From Gemmatimonadales bacterium (GTDB lineage Bacteria > Gemmatimonadota > Gemmatimonadetes > Gemmatimonadales > GWC2-71-9), in NCBI GenBank assembly GCA_046596135.1, contig JBKJMX010000083.1, positions 66,222 through 130,221 on the forward strand: DNA of 64,000 nucleotides, given 5' to 3'. Shown piece by piece: positions 55,618-64,000 of this stretch; the stretch's first letter is position 1, and each line of letters starts with the position of its first letter. Below the pieces are notes generated by a model. The model was not told where the DNA came from. It saw nothing but the letters and a program-made list of their open reading frames with translations, and made no database searches. The position numbers and the translations under genes were made by a program.

Positions 55618-56667
55618 ATGTCCGACAGCTCCTTCTCCCGGCGTTCGTTCCTGGGCACGGCCGGCGCGGTGGTCGCGGGGTCTGCCCTTGCCCCCCGCTC
55701 CGCCCTCGCTGTGCCTGCCATCGGCGCTCCGGCCATCATCCTCAGGCCACCCTCCCATCCCGTGGCCGTGGCTTCGTCCAACGGCATCCGCGGTGTGGCG
55801 CGTGCTGTGGAGATGGTCCTGAAGGGCGCCGACACTCTCGACGCGGCAGTCGAAGGGGTGAAGATCCAGGAGCTGGATCCGACGGATGATTCGGTCGGCT
55901 ACGGCGGGCTCCCGAACGAGGAAGGCACGGTCCAGCTCGACGCGTCGTGCATGCACGGACCGACGCGACGGGCGGGTGCGGTCGGGGCGCTCGAGGGCAT
56001 CAAGACGCCCAGCGAGGTCGCGCGACTGGTGCTCAAGTACACCAATCACATCATGCTCGTCGGCAAGGACGCACAGCGATTCGCGATGTCGTACGGCTTC
56101 AAGCTGGAAGACTTGCTGACGCCAGAGTCACGCGAGAAATGGCTGCGGTGGCGTGCCAACCGCGGGCCGAACGACGACTATCTCGACGTGCCGGGTACCG
56201 AGAAGATGGCGATCCGTCCGACCGGCACCATCAACATGAATGTTGTTGCGCCGAACGGCGACATCTCGTCGGTGACTACCACCAGCGGGCTGGCGTGGAA
56301 GATCCCGGGCCGGGTCGGTGACTCGCCGATTGTCGGCGCGGGGCAGTACACCGACAACGACATCGGCGCGGCGGGCTCGACTGGCCGTGGCGAGTCGAAC
56401 ATCATGGTCTGCGGCGGATTTCTCACCGTCGAGCACATGCGGCGAGGGATGCACCCCAAGGACGCGGCGCTCGAGACGCTGAAGCGCGTCGTGGCGATGA
56501 CGCCGCCGCAGCTGATGCGCCCCGACGGCAAGCCATCATTCAACCTGCAGTTCTACGCAGTCAACAAGAACGGTGATTACGGCGCGGCATCGATCTTCCG
56601 GACTAACTTCGCAGTGGCCGATCAGAAGGGGGCCCGGCTCGAAGACACTGCGGTACTGTTCACATGA
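55618..56667 (+). CDS. Tat-exported Ntn hydrolase (glycosylasparaginase / isoaspartyl peptidase family)
   Basis: ATG 55618; Tat signal SRRSFLGTAGAVVAGSALA; nucleophile context GTINMNVV; GDSPIVGAGQYTDNDIGAAGSTGRGE. Confidence 0.8.
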   Translation: MSDSSFSRRSFLGTAGAVVAGSALAPRSALAVPAIGAPAIILRPPSHPVAVASSNGIRGVARAVEMVLKGADTLDAAVEGVKIQELDPTDDSVGYGGLPNEEGTVQLDASCMHGPTRRAGAVGALEGIKTPSEVARLVLKYTNHIMLVGKDAQRFAMSYGFKLEDLLTPESREKWLRWRANRGPNDDYLDVPGTEKMAIRPTGTINMNVVAPNGDISSVTTTSGLAWKIPGRVGDSPIVGAGQYTDNDIGAAGSTGRGESNIMVCGGFLTVEHMRRGMHPKDAALETLKRVVAMTPPQLMRPDGKPSFNLQFYAVNKNGDYGAASIFRTNFAVADQKGARLEDTAVLFT

Positions 56668-57842
56668 TTCGGTTCGGCCTGATTGCAACGGTGTTGTTGG
56701 CGATCGGCGCGGCCCCTTCGTACGCCCAGGACGCGGACGAAACTCGCACCTGGCCGCCATGGCGCACGTCTTATTTCCCGTACGTCACGGCGTCGCCGAA
56801 CGATGGCGTGATGGGCGTGGCCCGGTGGATCACGTTCCGCCAGGCCGACTACGACGATCGGGTTTCGTTGCGCAGCGCGGTGGCGGTCGAAGCCGGATAC
56901 TCGACGCGGGGCAGCCGATTCGCGAGCGTGCGGGCCGACTTGCCTCGCGTCGCGGAGGGGTGGCGGGTGGCCGGTTCAGCGCGCGCGGGCAAGCAGGTGC
57001 ATTTCGGTGTCCCCGACGGCGACATCGACCGGGTGCGTTACACGGGATGGGGTGAAGTCACCCGACGTCTCACCGGTCCCGTGCAGGTGGCGGTGCGCGT
57101 GGCGGGCGATCGTACTGCGCTGCACGGCAATCCCTTCGAATTAGGCGTACGGTATCCCTACTTGCCCATTGACGGATGTGTCGCGGCTCAGCAATGCACC
57201 GGGAGTGAGGCGCTTCGGCAGAATGACGCCCAGTTCCGTGGTGCCCTCGTACTCGACCTGCGCGATCGCGAGTACGATCCGCGCCGCGGTGTGCTGGTCG
57301 AGGCGGGTGGATTTGCGGGGACCGCTGCCGACGGCTATCACGGTGCGTATGCGATGGGAAGCGGTTGGCTGACGCCGCGAGAGGGGACCCGCGTCACCGC
57401 TCGTGCTGGCTTGCGCGCGATGTCCAGTGCGGGTGCCATCGCCGCGATGCAAGAGATCCCAGCGTGGGAGCGCTCGATCACCGTGCTCGGCGGTGTATCC
57501 TCCCATCGCGCGCTGGGTGAGGGAGAACAAGTGGGACGCGGCGTGCTGTTGGCGGGAATGGAAGTACGACACGACGTGATGAACTTCGGGGCGTTGGGGG
57601 CATTCTCGGTGCTCGGATTCGTCGATGGTGGTCGCGTGTTCTCCGACCTGTCGCCACTCGCTGATCCCGATCCCACCCAGCCCTACTACAACGGCGATCT
57701 TCGCCTCACCCTCGACGATTGGACGTGGGGAGTGGGCGGTGGATTCTCGCTCAGGATCCTGCGTGCGGCGCAACTCACCATGACGGTGGGTCGTGCCGAA
57801 GGTCGGACCAGGATTTACGTGGGGGCGGGAACGGCCTGGTAG
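56664..57842 (+). CDS. Outer-membrane beta-barrel protein (surface-antigen/BamA-barrel-like)
   Basis: ATGA overlap; signal MIRFGLIATVLLAIGAAPSYAQ; beta-rich; C-terminal ..IYVGAGTAW. Confidence 0.6.
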   Translation: MIRFGLIATVLLAIGAAPSYAQDADETRTWPPWRTSYFPYVTASPNDGVMGVARWITFRQADYDDRVSLRSAVAVEAGYSTRGSRFASVRADLPRVAEGWRVAGSARAGKQVHFGVPDGDIDRVRYTGWGEVTRRLTGPVQVAVRVAGDRTALHGNPFELGVRYPYLPIDGCVAAQQCTGSEALRQNDAQFRGALVLDLRDREYDPRRGVLVEAGGFAGTAADGYHGAYAMGSGWLTPREGTRVTARAGLRAMSSAGAIAAMQEIPAWERSITVLGGVSSHRALGEGEQVGRGVLLAGMEVRHDVMNFGALGAFSVLGFVDGGRVFSDLSPLADPDPTQPYYNGDLRLTLDDWTWGVGGGFSLRILRAAQLTMTVGRAEGRTRIYVGAGTAW

Positions 57843-57846
57843 TACC

Positions 57847-58347
57847 TCAGGCCGGCGTTGCGGCGGTGCGCGACCGCAACAAGCGGGCAACAACGATGAT
57901 CGCCAGCAACGGTAGTGAAACGATCCAGATTTCGTTGAGCCCTTGCACGGGACGCCACGCCGCCTCGTAGCGGACCCAGTTGAACGGCATCAGGAGGCCG
58001 ACCCCCTGGCCCCGCGTGGTGAGGAGGTCAAGCAGCCCGTGCGATGCGGTTGCGAGCGTGAGAAACGCCGCGATGCGCCAGCGGTGCCCATCCCACATGC
58101 GACCGCGAAAGAACGCGATGGTCGCGATTGCACCGAGTGCCACCGCGAATGGCAGCGAGTGGGTGAGGGCGCGGTGCCCGCCCAGAAACGCGATGTCGGG
58201 GTGACCGAACGGGCGGCCGATGGCGTCGAGGTCGACCGCCACAGCGCACGCCACGCCCACGATCCAGTACCTGCGATTTGTCCTTTCGGGAGCCATGATC
58301 GCGCCGATGGCTCCCGCCGCCAGCGCATGACTCACGGACGTCGGCAT
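57847..58347 (-). CDS. Membrane-bound metal-dependent hydrolase YdjM (DUF457) family
   Basis: MPTSVSHALAAGAIG.., ..GHRALTHSL.., ..HGLLDLLT pattern. Confidence 0.7.
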   Translation of the reverse strand: MPTSVSHALAAGAIGAIMAPERTNRRYWIVGVACAVAVDLDAIGRPFGHPDIAFLGGHRALTHSLPFAVALGAIATIAFFRGRMWDGHRWRIAAFLTLATASHGLLDLLTTRGQGVGLLMPFNWVRYEAAWRPVQGLNEIWIVSLPLLAIIVVARLLRSRTAATPA

Positions 58348-58348
58348 C

Positions 58349-58642
58349 TCAGACCTTTCGGGGCTTCCACGAACGGATCATCCCCAGCACCATGCACGCG
58401 ATGCCAACCACCGATGCCATCGCCACCGCAATGTTGTTGTCCCGCCAGATCAGGTTCGGTGCCCCGTAGAGCAGGAAGCCGATACCAACCAGCATCAGCG
58501 GTTGCGAAGGCCTGCCGTCACGGCGTGCCCGTCGCGCAGCCACGAGCAACGCTGTGGCTCCCGCAACCAGCACCACGCCTACCACTACGCGAACAGGACT
58601 GAATGGCACGGTGGCGTGTAGCGCGTCATCGGGTCCGATCAT
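58349..58642 (-). CDS. Small membrane protein, hypothetical
   Basis: 97 aa; three hydrophobic helices; ATGA overlap with the upstream stop. Confidence 0.5.
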   Translation of the reverse strand: MIGPDDALHATVPFSPVRVVVGVVLVAGATALLVAARRARRDGRPSQPLMLVGIGFLLYGAPNLIWRDNNIAVAMASVVGIACMVLGMIRSWKPRKV

Positions 58643-59781
58643 GATTCGCGGATCAGGATGCCACGCTCCTTGAGGCCGCTGACGTATCGATCGAACGGCA
58701 TCCCTTCGTCGGGCGTGGTGACGCCGAACCGGATCACCTGACGGCGCGCCTGGGTGAGGCCGGTGAGCGACAGCGAGTATCCAGTGGTGCGCATCATCGC
58801 CGAGATCCCATGCTTCTCATCGAAGTAGTCAATGAGGTCGAAGGTGGTGCTGTGCGGCTTGCCATCGCGGGTACCGTTCGCGCTCACGCGCAGCGCCACA
58901 AGGTCGTGCCCCTCGGGCTTGGTGAGCTGTGGCGACACGGCGGCAATGAAGGCATCGCGCGGGACAACCTGCTGTCCCTTGACGTTGATGGGCTTCATCC
59001 CGAGGAGGCCCATTTCGCGGATCGCGCGCATCAGGTCGGCGTGCCCAGGATACCGGAGCGTCTTGTACTCCATCTCCCGCACCTTGTCCTTCCAGGTGAA
59101 CGGCATCGTCGAGATGCCGCCGGCGGTGTGGAACGCCTCGAGCGTACCGACAGGGTCGGGGAACTCCACCGGCTCAAGCTCGCTCAATGCATCGACCTCG
59201 GTCGGGCGACCCCCACGCAGGATCCATGAGGGCGTGGTGTAATAGTCGAGCGCGCCCTCGAGCGAATAGACGATCTGGTAGTTGAGCGGTGGTTCGGGGT
59301 GCTGCGGCAGGCCACCCACGAAAATCCGCACGGCATCGGTCTTGTCGAGGCGCCGGATTCCTTCGGCAGCCAGGATGTTGACCATGCCGGGCGCGAGGCC
59401 ACAATCGGGCATGATCGACAGTCCCTTGTCACGAGCTTCCGTGTCCAGCTTCTTCTGCTCCATCACGATCTCGGTGTTCCCACCCAGATCAGCGAAATGG
59501 CACCCAGCCTCGACGGCGAGTTTCGCCATCGGCCCATTGAAGTAGTATGGGATGGCGCTCATCACGGCGTCGTGGGATCGCATCGTTTCGAGGACCGCTG
59601 CGTGATCGGTCACGTCGAGTGTGATGGGCCGCAGTCGGGGGTCATCACGACGGCTGAGGAACCGGGCCATACGGTCGGGCTGGAGGTCGGCGAGTGTGAC
59701 CTGGGTCACCTCGGGGTCGTTCAGCAGGTCGAAGGCACACGCGCAACCCTGCAGGCCGGCGCCGAGTACGAGCATCTTCAT
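58639..59781 (-). CDS. Saccharopine dehydrogenase family NAD(P)-binding protein
   Basis: ATG 59781; MKMLVLGAGLQGCACAFDLL Rossmann; Sacchrp_dh-like C-terminal part; the upstream 205 aa of the track ORF overlap the divergent TetR gene. Confidence 0.8.
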   Translation of the reverse strand: MKMLVLGAGLQGCACAFDLLNDPEVTQVTLADLQPDRMARFLSRRDDPRLRPITLDVTDHAAVLETMRSHDAVMSAIPYYFNGPMAKLAVEAGCHFADLGGNTEIVMEQKKLDTEARDKGLSIMPDCGLAPGMVNILAAEGIRRLDKTDAVRIFVGGLPQHPEPPLNYQIVYSLEGALDYYTTPSWILRGGRPTEVDALSELEPVEFPDPVGTLEAFHTAGGISTMPFTWKDKVREMEYKTLRYPGHADLMRAIREMGLLGMKPINVKGQQVVPRDAFIAAVSPQLTKPEGHDLVALRVSANGTRDGKPHSTTFDLIDYFDEKHGISAMMRTTGYSLSLTGLTQARRQVIRFGVTTPDEGMPFDRYVSGLKERGILIRES

Positions 59782-59825
59782 ACCGAGTATCCTCTGTTCG
59801 GGGCAATGGTCACGGCCCGAAAATA

Positions 59826-59842
59826 ACCCGCCCCGGGCGGGT
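59826..59842. promoter_or_regulatory. 17-nt GC-rich palindrome in a divergent intergenic region (candidate operator or leader hairpin)
   Basis: ACCCGCCC-C-GGGCGGGT; on the minus strand it is followed by TTATTTTCGGG. Confidence 0.35.
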
Positions 59843-59865
59843 CCCCACTCTACCGAGGGCCGAAC

Positions 59866-60501
59866 GTGTCCGAATCTGCTCTCACCACGCGAGATCGACT
59901 GATCGAGGCCGCCCGAGAGCTGTTCACCACATCGGGCTATCACGCCACGACCACCCCGATGCTGGCGAAGCGGGCCGGGGTGGCAGAGGGGACGATCTAC
60001 CGCCATTTCCCGAGCAAGCAGGCGCTGCTCAACGCCGCCTATCGGGAGACCCAGTACTGGGGAGCCGCGCTGGCGCGCGACGCGGGCACCGGCACCGGCC
60101 GGACCGTCGGCGCGCGACTGGGCGGGCTCGCCCGCCAATGGCTGGAGGTGGCGGGACGGGATCCCGCCCGGATCCGGCTCCTGCTCGCCTGGAAGCATCC
60201 TCGTGAGCTCGACGAACCCTCCCGCACCGCCGCTGCAGAGTTTCGCACCGCGCTCGAACACCTGATCGCCCTCGGCAAACAGGAGGGGACGGTGCGGGCT
60301 GGTGTCGTGGAGCTGTGGACCTCGGTCTGGCTCACGCTGGCCACGTTTGCCACGGAGAAGGTGGCGACGCGCGAATGGAGCGCGCATCACCCCCACGCCG
60401 CCGCGACCCTCGATGCGGCGTGGGAAGCGATCGCATGGCGACCGATCGTGATGGGGGGCGGAGCCGCCGCCGCCGGTGACTCGGCGGGGGAGACTGCCTG
60501 A
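59866..60501 (+). CDS. TetR family transcriptional regulator
   Basis: GTG start; HTH ..GYHATTTPMLAKRAGVAEGTIYRHFPSKQALL. Confidence 0.85.
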   Translation: MSESALTTRDRLIEAARELFTTSGYHATTTPMLAKRAGVAEGTIYRHFPSKQALLNAAYRETQYWGAALARDAGTGTGRTVGARLGGLARQWLEVAGRDPARIRLLLAWKHPRELDEPSRTAAAEFRTALEHLIALGKQEGTVRAGVVELWTSVWLTLATFATEKVATREWSAHHPHAAATLDAAWEAIAWRPIVMGGGAAAAGDSAGETA

Positions 60502-62624
60502 TGCACGGCGCCACCGCCTTCCTCACGACATTCGCCCTGGTGCTATGTACTGCGGCGGTCACAACGGTCGTGTTCCAGTGGCTGAAGCAGCCGGTGATCC
60601 TCGGGTACCTGCTCGCGGGGCTGCTCATCGGACCGCACGTGACGGTGCTTCCGTTCAGCGCCGATACCGGTACGACCGAGATTCTCGCCGAACTCGGCGT
60701 GATCCTCCTCCTCTTCGCGATCGGGCTCGAGTTCTCGATCCGTCGGCTGATCCGCGTGGGCGCAAGCGCCGGGATCACCGCAGTCATTGACGTATCGCTG
60801 ATGGCGCTGCTCGGGCTTGCCGCTGCCCGTATGCTGGGCTGGTCCGGTCGCGAGACGATCATCGCTGCGGCCATCGTGGCGATCTCGAGCACCACGATCA
60901 TCGCCAAGACGTTCGAGGATCACAACGTCCCCCGGAAGCTGCGTGACCATGTCTTCGGCGTGCTGATTGTCGAGGACCTGGTGGCCATCATGGCACTTAC
61001 TGCCATCGCGTCATTCGGGCCGGCAGGTGGTGATGAAACCGGCGGACTGCTCGGTACCGGGATGCGCCTCGCGACACTGGTGACAATCTGGGTGGTGGCG
61101 GGCCTGCTGGTGATCCCGCGACTGATGCGATTCGTGGTGAGGCTCCGGCGGCCCGAGACGACAGTCGTGACCAGCATTGGGCTTTGCTTCGTGTTCGCGC
61201 TGCTCGCCCAGTGGCTCAGCTACTCGGTGGCACTCGGCGCGTTCATCGCCGGCTCGTTGATCAGCGAGTCGGGGAAGTCACATCATGTGATGGAACTGGT
61301 GCGCCCGGTGCGCGACGTCTTCGCCGCGGTGTTCTTCGTCTCGGTCGGTATGCTGATCGATCCATCGGCGCTTGCCGAGCACTGGGTGGCGATCGTGGTG
61401 CTGGTGGTGGTGGTCCTGGTCGGCAAGGTGGCGGCGGTGAGCCTTGGATCATTCCTGGCGGGACAGGGCACCCGGCGTGCGGTACGAGCGGGGATGAGCA
61501 TGGCGCAGATCGGCGAGTTCTCGTTCATCATCGCTGCAGTGGGAATTGCGAGTGGCGGCGTCCGAGAGTTCCTCTACCCGGTGGCGGTTGCTGTCTCGGC
61601 GCTCACAACACTGTCGACGCCGTGGATGGTGGGCGCCTCCGATGCCGTGGCGTCGTGGGTCGATCGCAAGCTGCCTCGTCCGATCCAGACTTACTCGGCG
61701 CTGTACGGCACCTGGGTGGAGGATATCCGTCGCGACCCGGGCCGGCGCTCGATCGGGTCGCGGCTCCGCCGGCTCGGCCTCTGGCTGCTGGTCGACACCG
61801 CGTCGCTCATTGCCGTGATCATCGGGATGTCAGTGGCAGGCCCCGGCATTCGCGACCGGTTGATGGGGGCACTGGAAGTGTCAACGACCGTGGCGCGCGT
61901 GATGGTGTGGATGATCGCCGCGACACTCGCCACCCCGTTCCTGTTCGGCGTCTTCCGGGTTGCCCGCGGAGCGGCCGGCGTGCTGGGTGACCTGGCCCTG
62001 CCCGCGGATCGATTCGACCGAGCGCTCGCCCCGCGCCGTGCGCTGGTCACCACCATCGAGCTCACGATCGTGCTCCTGCTCGGCCTGCCGTTGCTGTTCA
62101 TCACGGAGCCGTTCCTGCCCCGCTTCGGCGGCCTGACAGTCTTGCTGGTGCTGCTGTTCGTGCTTGGGCTCGCAGCGTGGCGGAGTGCCACGAACCTGCA
62201 GGGGCACGTGCGCGCGGGGGCTGAGGTGCTCATTGCGGCGCTGAGTTCGTCGCTGCCACCCGAGCAAGCAACCGAAGAGATGCGGACGTCGGGGGCGTTC
62301 ACCGAGGAGATGCCCGCGCCACTCTCCGATCATGCGGCCGAACGCCTGATGACGGCGACCCACCTCCTCCCGGGAATCGGTGCACCGACCACTTTTGCAG
62401 TGGGTCGCGAGCACTATGCGGTGGGTCGCACGCTCGCCGAAATCGGCTTGAGGGGGCATACCGGTGCGACCGCACTCGCGATCACCCGTGGGGGTGTGGG
62501 CATTCCTGCCCCAAGCAAATCGGAACGGATCGAGGCTGGAGACATCCTGGTGCTTGTGGGCACGCGCTCGGCGCTGCAGGCCGCGAGACAACTGTTGCGC
62601 ACCGGGGAGTACGACGCCAGCTAG
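60501..62624 (+). CDS. Cation:proton antiporter (CPA2/Kef-type) with C-terminal RCK/TrkA-C domain
   Basis: About 12 TM; [17 protein letters not shown]; C-terminal [22 protein letters not shown]....[11 protein letters not shown]; TGATG overlap with the TetR stop. Confidence 0.85.
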   Translation: MHGATAFLTTFALVLCTAAVTTVVFQWLKQPVILGYLLAGLLIGPHVTVLPFSADTGTTEILAELGVILLLFAIGLEFSIRRLIRVGASAGITAVIDVSLMALLGLAAARMLGWSGRETIIAAAIVAISSTTIIAKTFEDHNVPRKLRDHVFGVLIVEDLVAIMALTAIASFGPAGGDETGGLLGTGMRLATLVTIWVVAGLLVIPRLMRFVVRLRRPETTVVTSIGLCFVFALLAQWLSYSVALGAFIAGSLISESGKSHHVMELVRPVRDVFAAVFFVSVGMLIDPSALAEHWVAIVVLVVVVLVGKVAAVSLGSFLAGQGTRRAVRAGMSMAQIGEFSFIIAAVGIASGGVREFLYPVAVAVSALTTLSTPWMVGASDAVASWVDRKLPRPIQTYSALYGTWVEDIRRDPGRRSIGSRLRRLGLWLLVDTASLIAVIIGMSVAGPGIRDRLMGALEVSTTVARVMVWMIAATLATPFLFGVFRVARGAAGVLGDLALPADRFDRALAPRRALVTTIELTIVLLLGLPLLFITEPFLPRFGGLTVLLVLLFVLGLAAWRSATNLQGHVRAGAEVLIAALSSSLPPEQATEEMRTSGAFTEEMPAPLSDHAAERLMTATHLLPGIGAPTTFAVGREHYAVGRTLAEIGLRGHTGATALAITRGGVGIPAPSKSERIEAGDILVLVGTRSALQAARQLLRTGEYDAS

Positions 62625-64000
62625 CGGAGCGGTCCCACTGCGTCCTCTACCGCGTCGCGAAGCAGGCCACTTACCACCAGCTCTCGAACCGCTGCGAGGT
62701 CGCCGGTCATCAACCGGTCGGCGTCGAGCGGCGGCACGACGTTGCGCACCGCGCGAACGGCGGCGCCTACACCGGGCCCCGGTTGCAGCGGATGGTGGAA
62801 ATCGAGCGCCTGTACGGCGTTGATCACCTCGATCGCGATCACCCAGCGCGCGTTCTCGAGGATCATTGCACACTGCCGAGCGCTGGTCGTGCCCATCGAG
62901 ACGTGATCTTCCTGGTTGGCACTGGTCGGAATCGAGTCGACACTCGCCGGGTGGGCAAGCACCTTGTTCTCGCTCACCAGCGACGCGGCGGTGTACTGCG
63001 AGATCATCAGGCCGGAGTGCAAGCCGCCCTGCCGCGCAAGAAATGCTGGTAGCCCTGACACCGCTGGGTCCAGCATGTGCTCAACGCGACGCTCGGCGAT
63101 GTTCGCGAGCTCGGCAATCGCGATCTTGGCGTAATCCATCGCGACTGCAACTGGCTGGCCGTGGAAGTTTCCGGCAGAGATCACGGTGTCATCGTCGGCA
63201 AACACCAGCGGGTTGTCGGTAACGGCGTTGATTTCGCGACCGATGACGTCAGCCACATGCTGCAACGCATCGCGGCTCGCACCGTGCACCTGCGGCACGC
63301 AGCGCAGCGAGTAGGCATCCTGGATCCGGTCACAGTCGGCGTGTGATGCGTGGATCGGCGAGTCGGCCGACACCGCAAGCACATTCGCGGCGGTCACGGC
63401 GGCGCCGGGGTGCGGACGGATCATCGCGACCCGCAGGTCGAACGGGGCGCGCGTCCCCCTGAGCGCCTCCAGCGACATCGCCGCTGCGATGTCTGCCGCC
63501 GTGGCGAGTTGTAGCGCGTCGTGCACCACCAGCGCACCGATCGCCGTCATCGCCTGGGTGCCATTGATGAGGGCCAAGCCCTCCTTCGCCTCCAGCACGA
63601 GTGGCTTGAGGCCGGCCTGGGCGAGCGCCTGTGCAGCGGGGATCACGTCGCCGCGATATTCTGCCGGTCCCTCGCCGATCAGGGTGAGCGCCATGTGTGC
63701 CAGCGGCGCCAGGTCGCCGCTCGCACCCACCGACCCCTGCGCCGGGATCACCGGGTGCACGCCCGCGCTGAGCATGCCGAGCAGCAGCTCGATCACCTCG
63801 ATTCGGGCGCCGCTATACCCGAAGGAAAGACTCTGGGCACGCAACAGCAGCATTGCGCGCACGACGTCGGTGGCGAGCGGTGTGCCCACACCCATCGCGT
63901 GGGACACGATCAGGTTCCGCTGGAGTTGGCGGACATCCTCGGGCGCGATGCGCACGTGCGCGAGCTTGCCAAAGCCCGTTGTCACCCCATATACGACACG
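62621..64000 (-). CDS. hutH: Histidine ammonia-lyase (5' end beyond the window)
   Basis: [14 protein letters not shown] (MIO-forming ASG); the reading frame stays open to the window edge (..[13 protein letters not shown]). Confidence 0.9.
   Translation of the reverse strand, partial: RVVYGVTTGFGKLAHVRIAPEDVRQLQRNLIVSHAMGVGTPLATDVVRAMLLLRAQSLSFGYSGARIEVIELLLGMLSAGVHPVIPAQGSVGASGDLAPLAHMALTLIGEGPAEYRGDVIPAAQALAQAGLKPLVLEAKEGLALINGTQAMTAIGALVVHDALQLATAADIAAAMSLEALRGTRAPFDLRVAMIRPHPGAAVTAANVLAVSADSPIHASHADCDRIQDAYSLRCVPQVHGASRDALQHVADVIGREINAVTDNPLVFADDDTVISAGNFHGQPVAVAMDYAKIAIAELANIAERRVEHMLDPAVSGLPAFLARQGGLHSGLMISQYTAASLVSENKVLAHPASVDSIPTSANQEDHVSMGTTSARQCAMILENARWVIAIEVINAVQALDFHHPLQPGPGVGAAVRAVRNVVPPLDADRLMTGDLAAVRELVVSGLLRDAVEDAVGPLR

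Noticed and set aside
54502-56049. Long N-terminal extensions in track ORFs, for example 515 aa for NAPRT, 585 aa for saccharopine dehydrogenase (58639..60396), 820 aa for DUF5916 (37017..), 474 aa for the permease (4526..5950), 536 aa for the nucleotidase
   Set aside because: The extensions overlap neighbouring or divergent genes and are R/P/S-rich. Internal ATGs coincide with signal peptides, Rossmann N-termini or ATGA coupling to the upstream stop, so shorter models were used.

Overview
High-GC bacterial chromosomal segment, densely packed with about 70 protein-coding genes. Many are joined by ATGA/GTGA/TGATG start-stop overlaps. By eye I found no rRNA, tRNA, CRISPR array, transposase, integrase or phage gene. 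Content is mainly housekeeping and cell-envelope functions. Left to right: a Kv-type K+ channel; a minus-strand block of DUF1080 lipoprotein, NupG-like permease, Tat-exported Gfo/Idh/MocA oxidoreductase and CutC (2483-6456); a GT39 glycosyltransferase; VOC/MOSC/AlaX; envelope lipoproteins (RCC1-repeat, DUF481, beta-propeller-like); a 5'-nucleotidase; PlsC; an ECF-type S/T/fused-AA transporter followed by a HEAT-repeat protein (19669-23684); a plus-strand run of fRMsr-like GAF, alpha/beta hydrolase, an orphan ORF, PolX, Nth, cyclophilin, HD protein and cardiolipin synthase (23818-31071); a seven-gene ECF sigma / anti-sigma / Spy-like / TolC / MacAB-like unit (31100-37129); DUF5916; fabH; yggX; PAP2; TetR-DUF983; a sigma / anti-sigma / PDZ unit; ferritin; csaA-leuS; pncB-pncA; a glycosylasparaginase-like Ntn hydrolase; saccharopine dehydrogenase; TetR plus a Kef-type antiporter; and hutH, truncated at the right edge. 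Lineage cannot be fixed from this window. The domain mix and frequent lack of Shine-Dalgarno sequences are compatible with a Gemmatimonadota-like organism, but that is a weak inference. I did not find a clear novel multi-gene system, and there are no defence-island or mobile-element hallmarks. The observations most worth a second look are: (1) identical heptanucleotide tandem arrays (CCGTYCT)n at two intergenic loci next to fabH and leuS; (2) a 560-nt non-coding, highly self-complementary gap beside cutC that holds a duplicated copy of the cutC 3' end around a 75-nt hairpin; (3) a PolX whose three polymerase catalytic aspartates appear replaced while the PHP nuclease motifs are intact; (4) a fused ECF ATPase with one consensus and one fully degenerate nucleotide site; (5) the periplasmic oxidoreductase / DUF1080 / permease / CutC block; (6) two small basic ORFs below the ORF-track cutoff. 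All family assignments come from motif recognition by eye, not from database searches.
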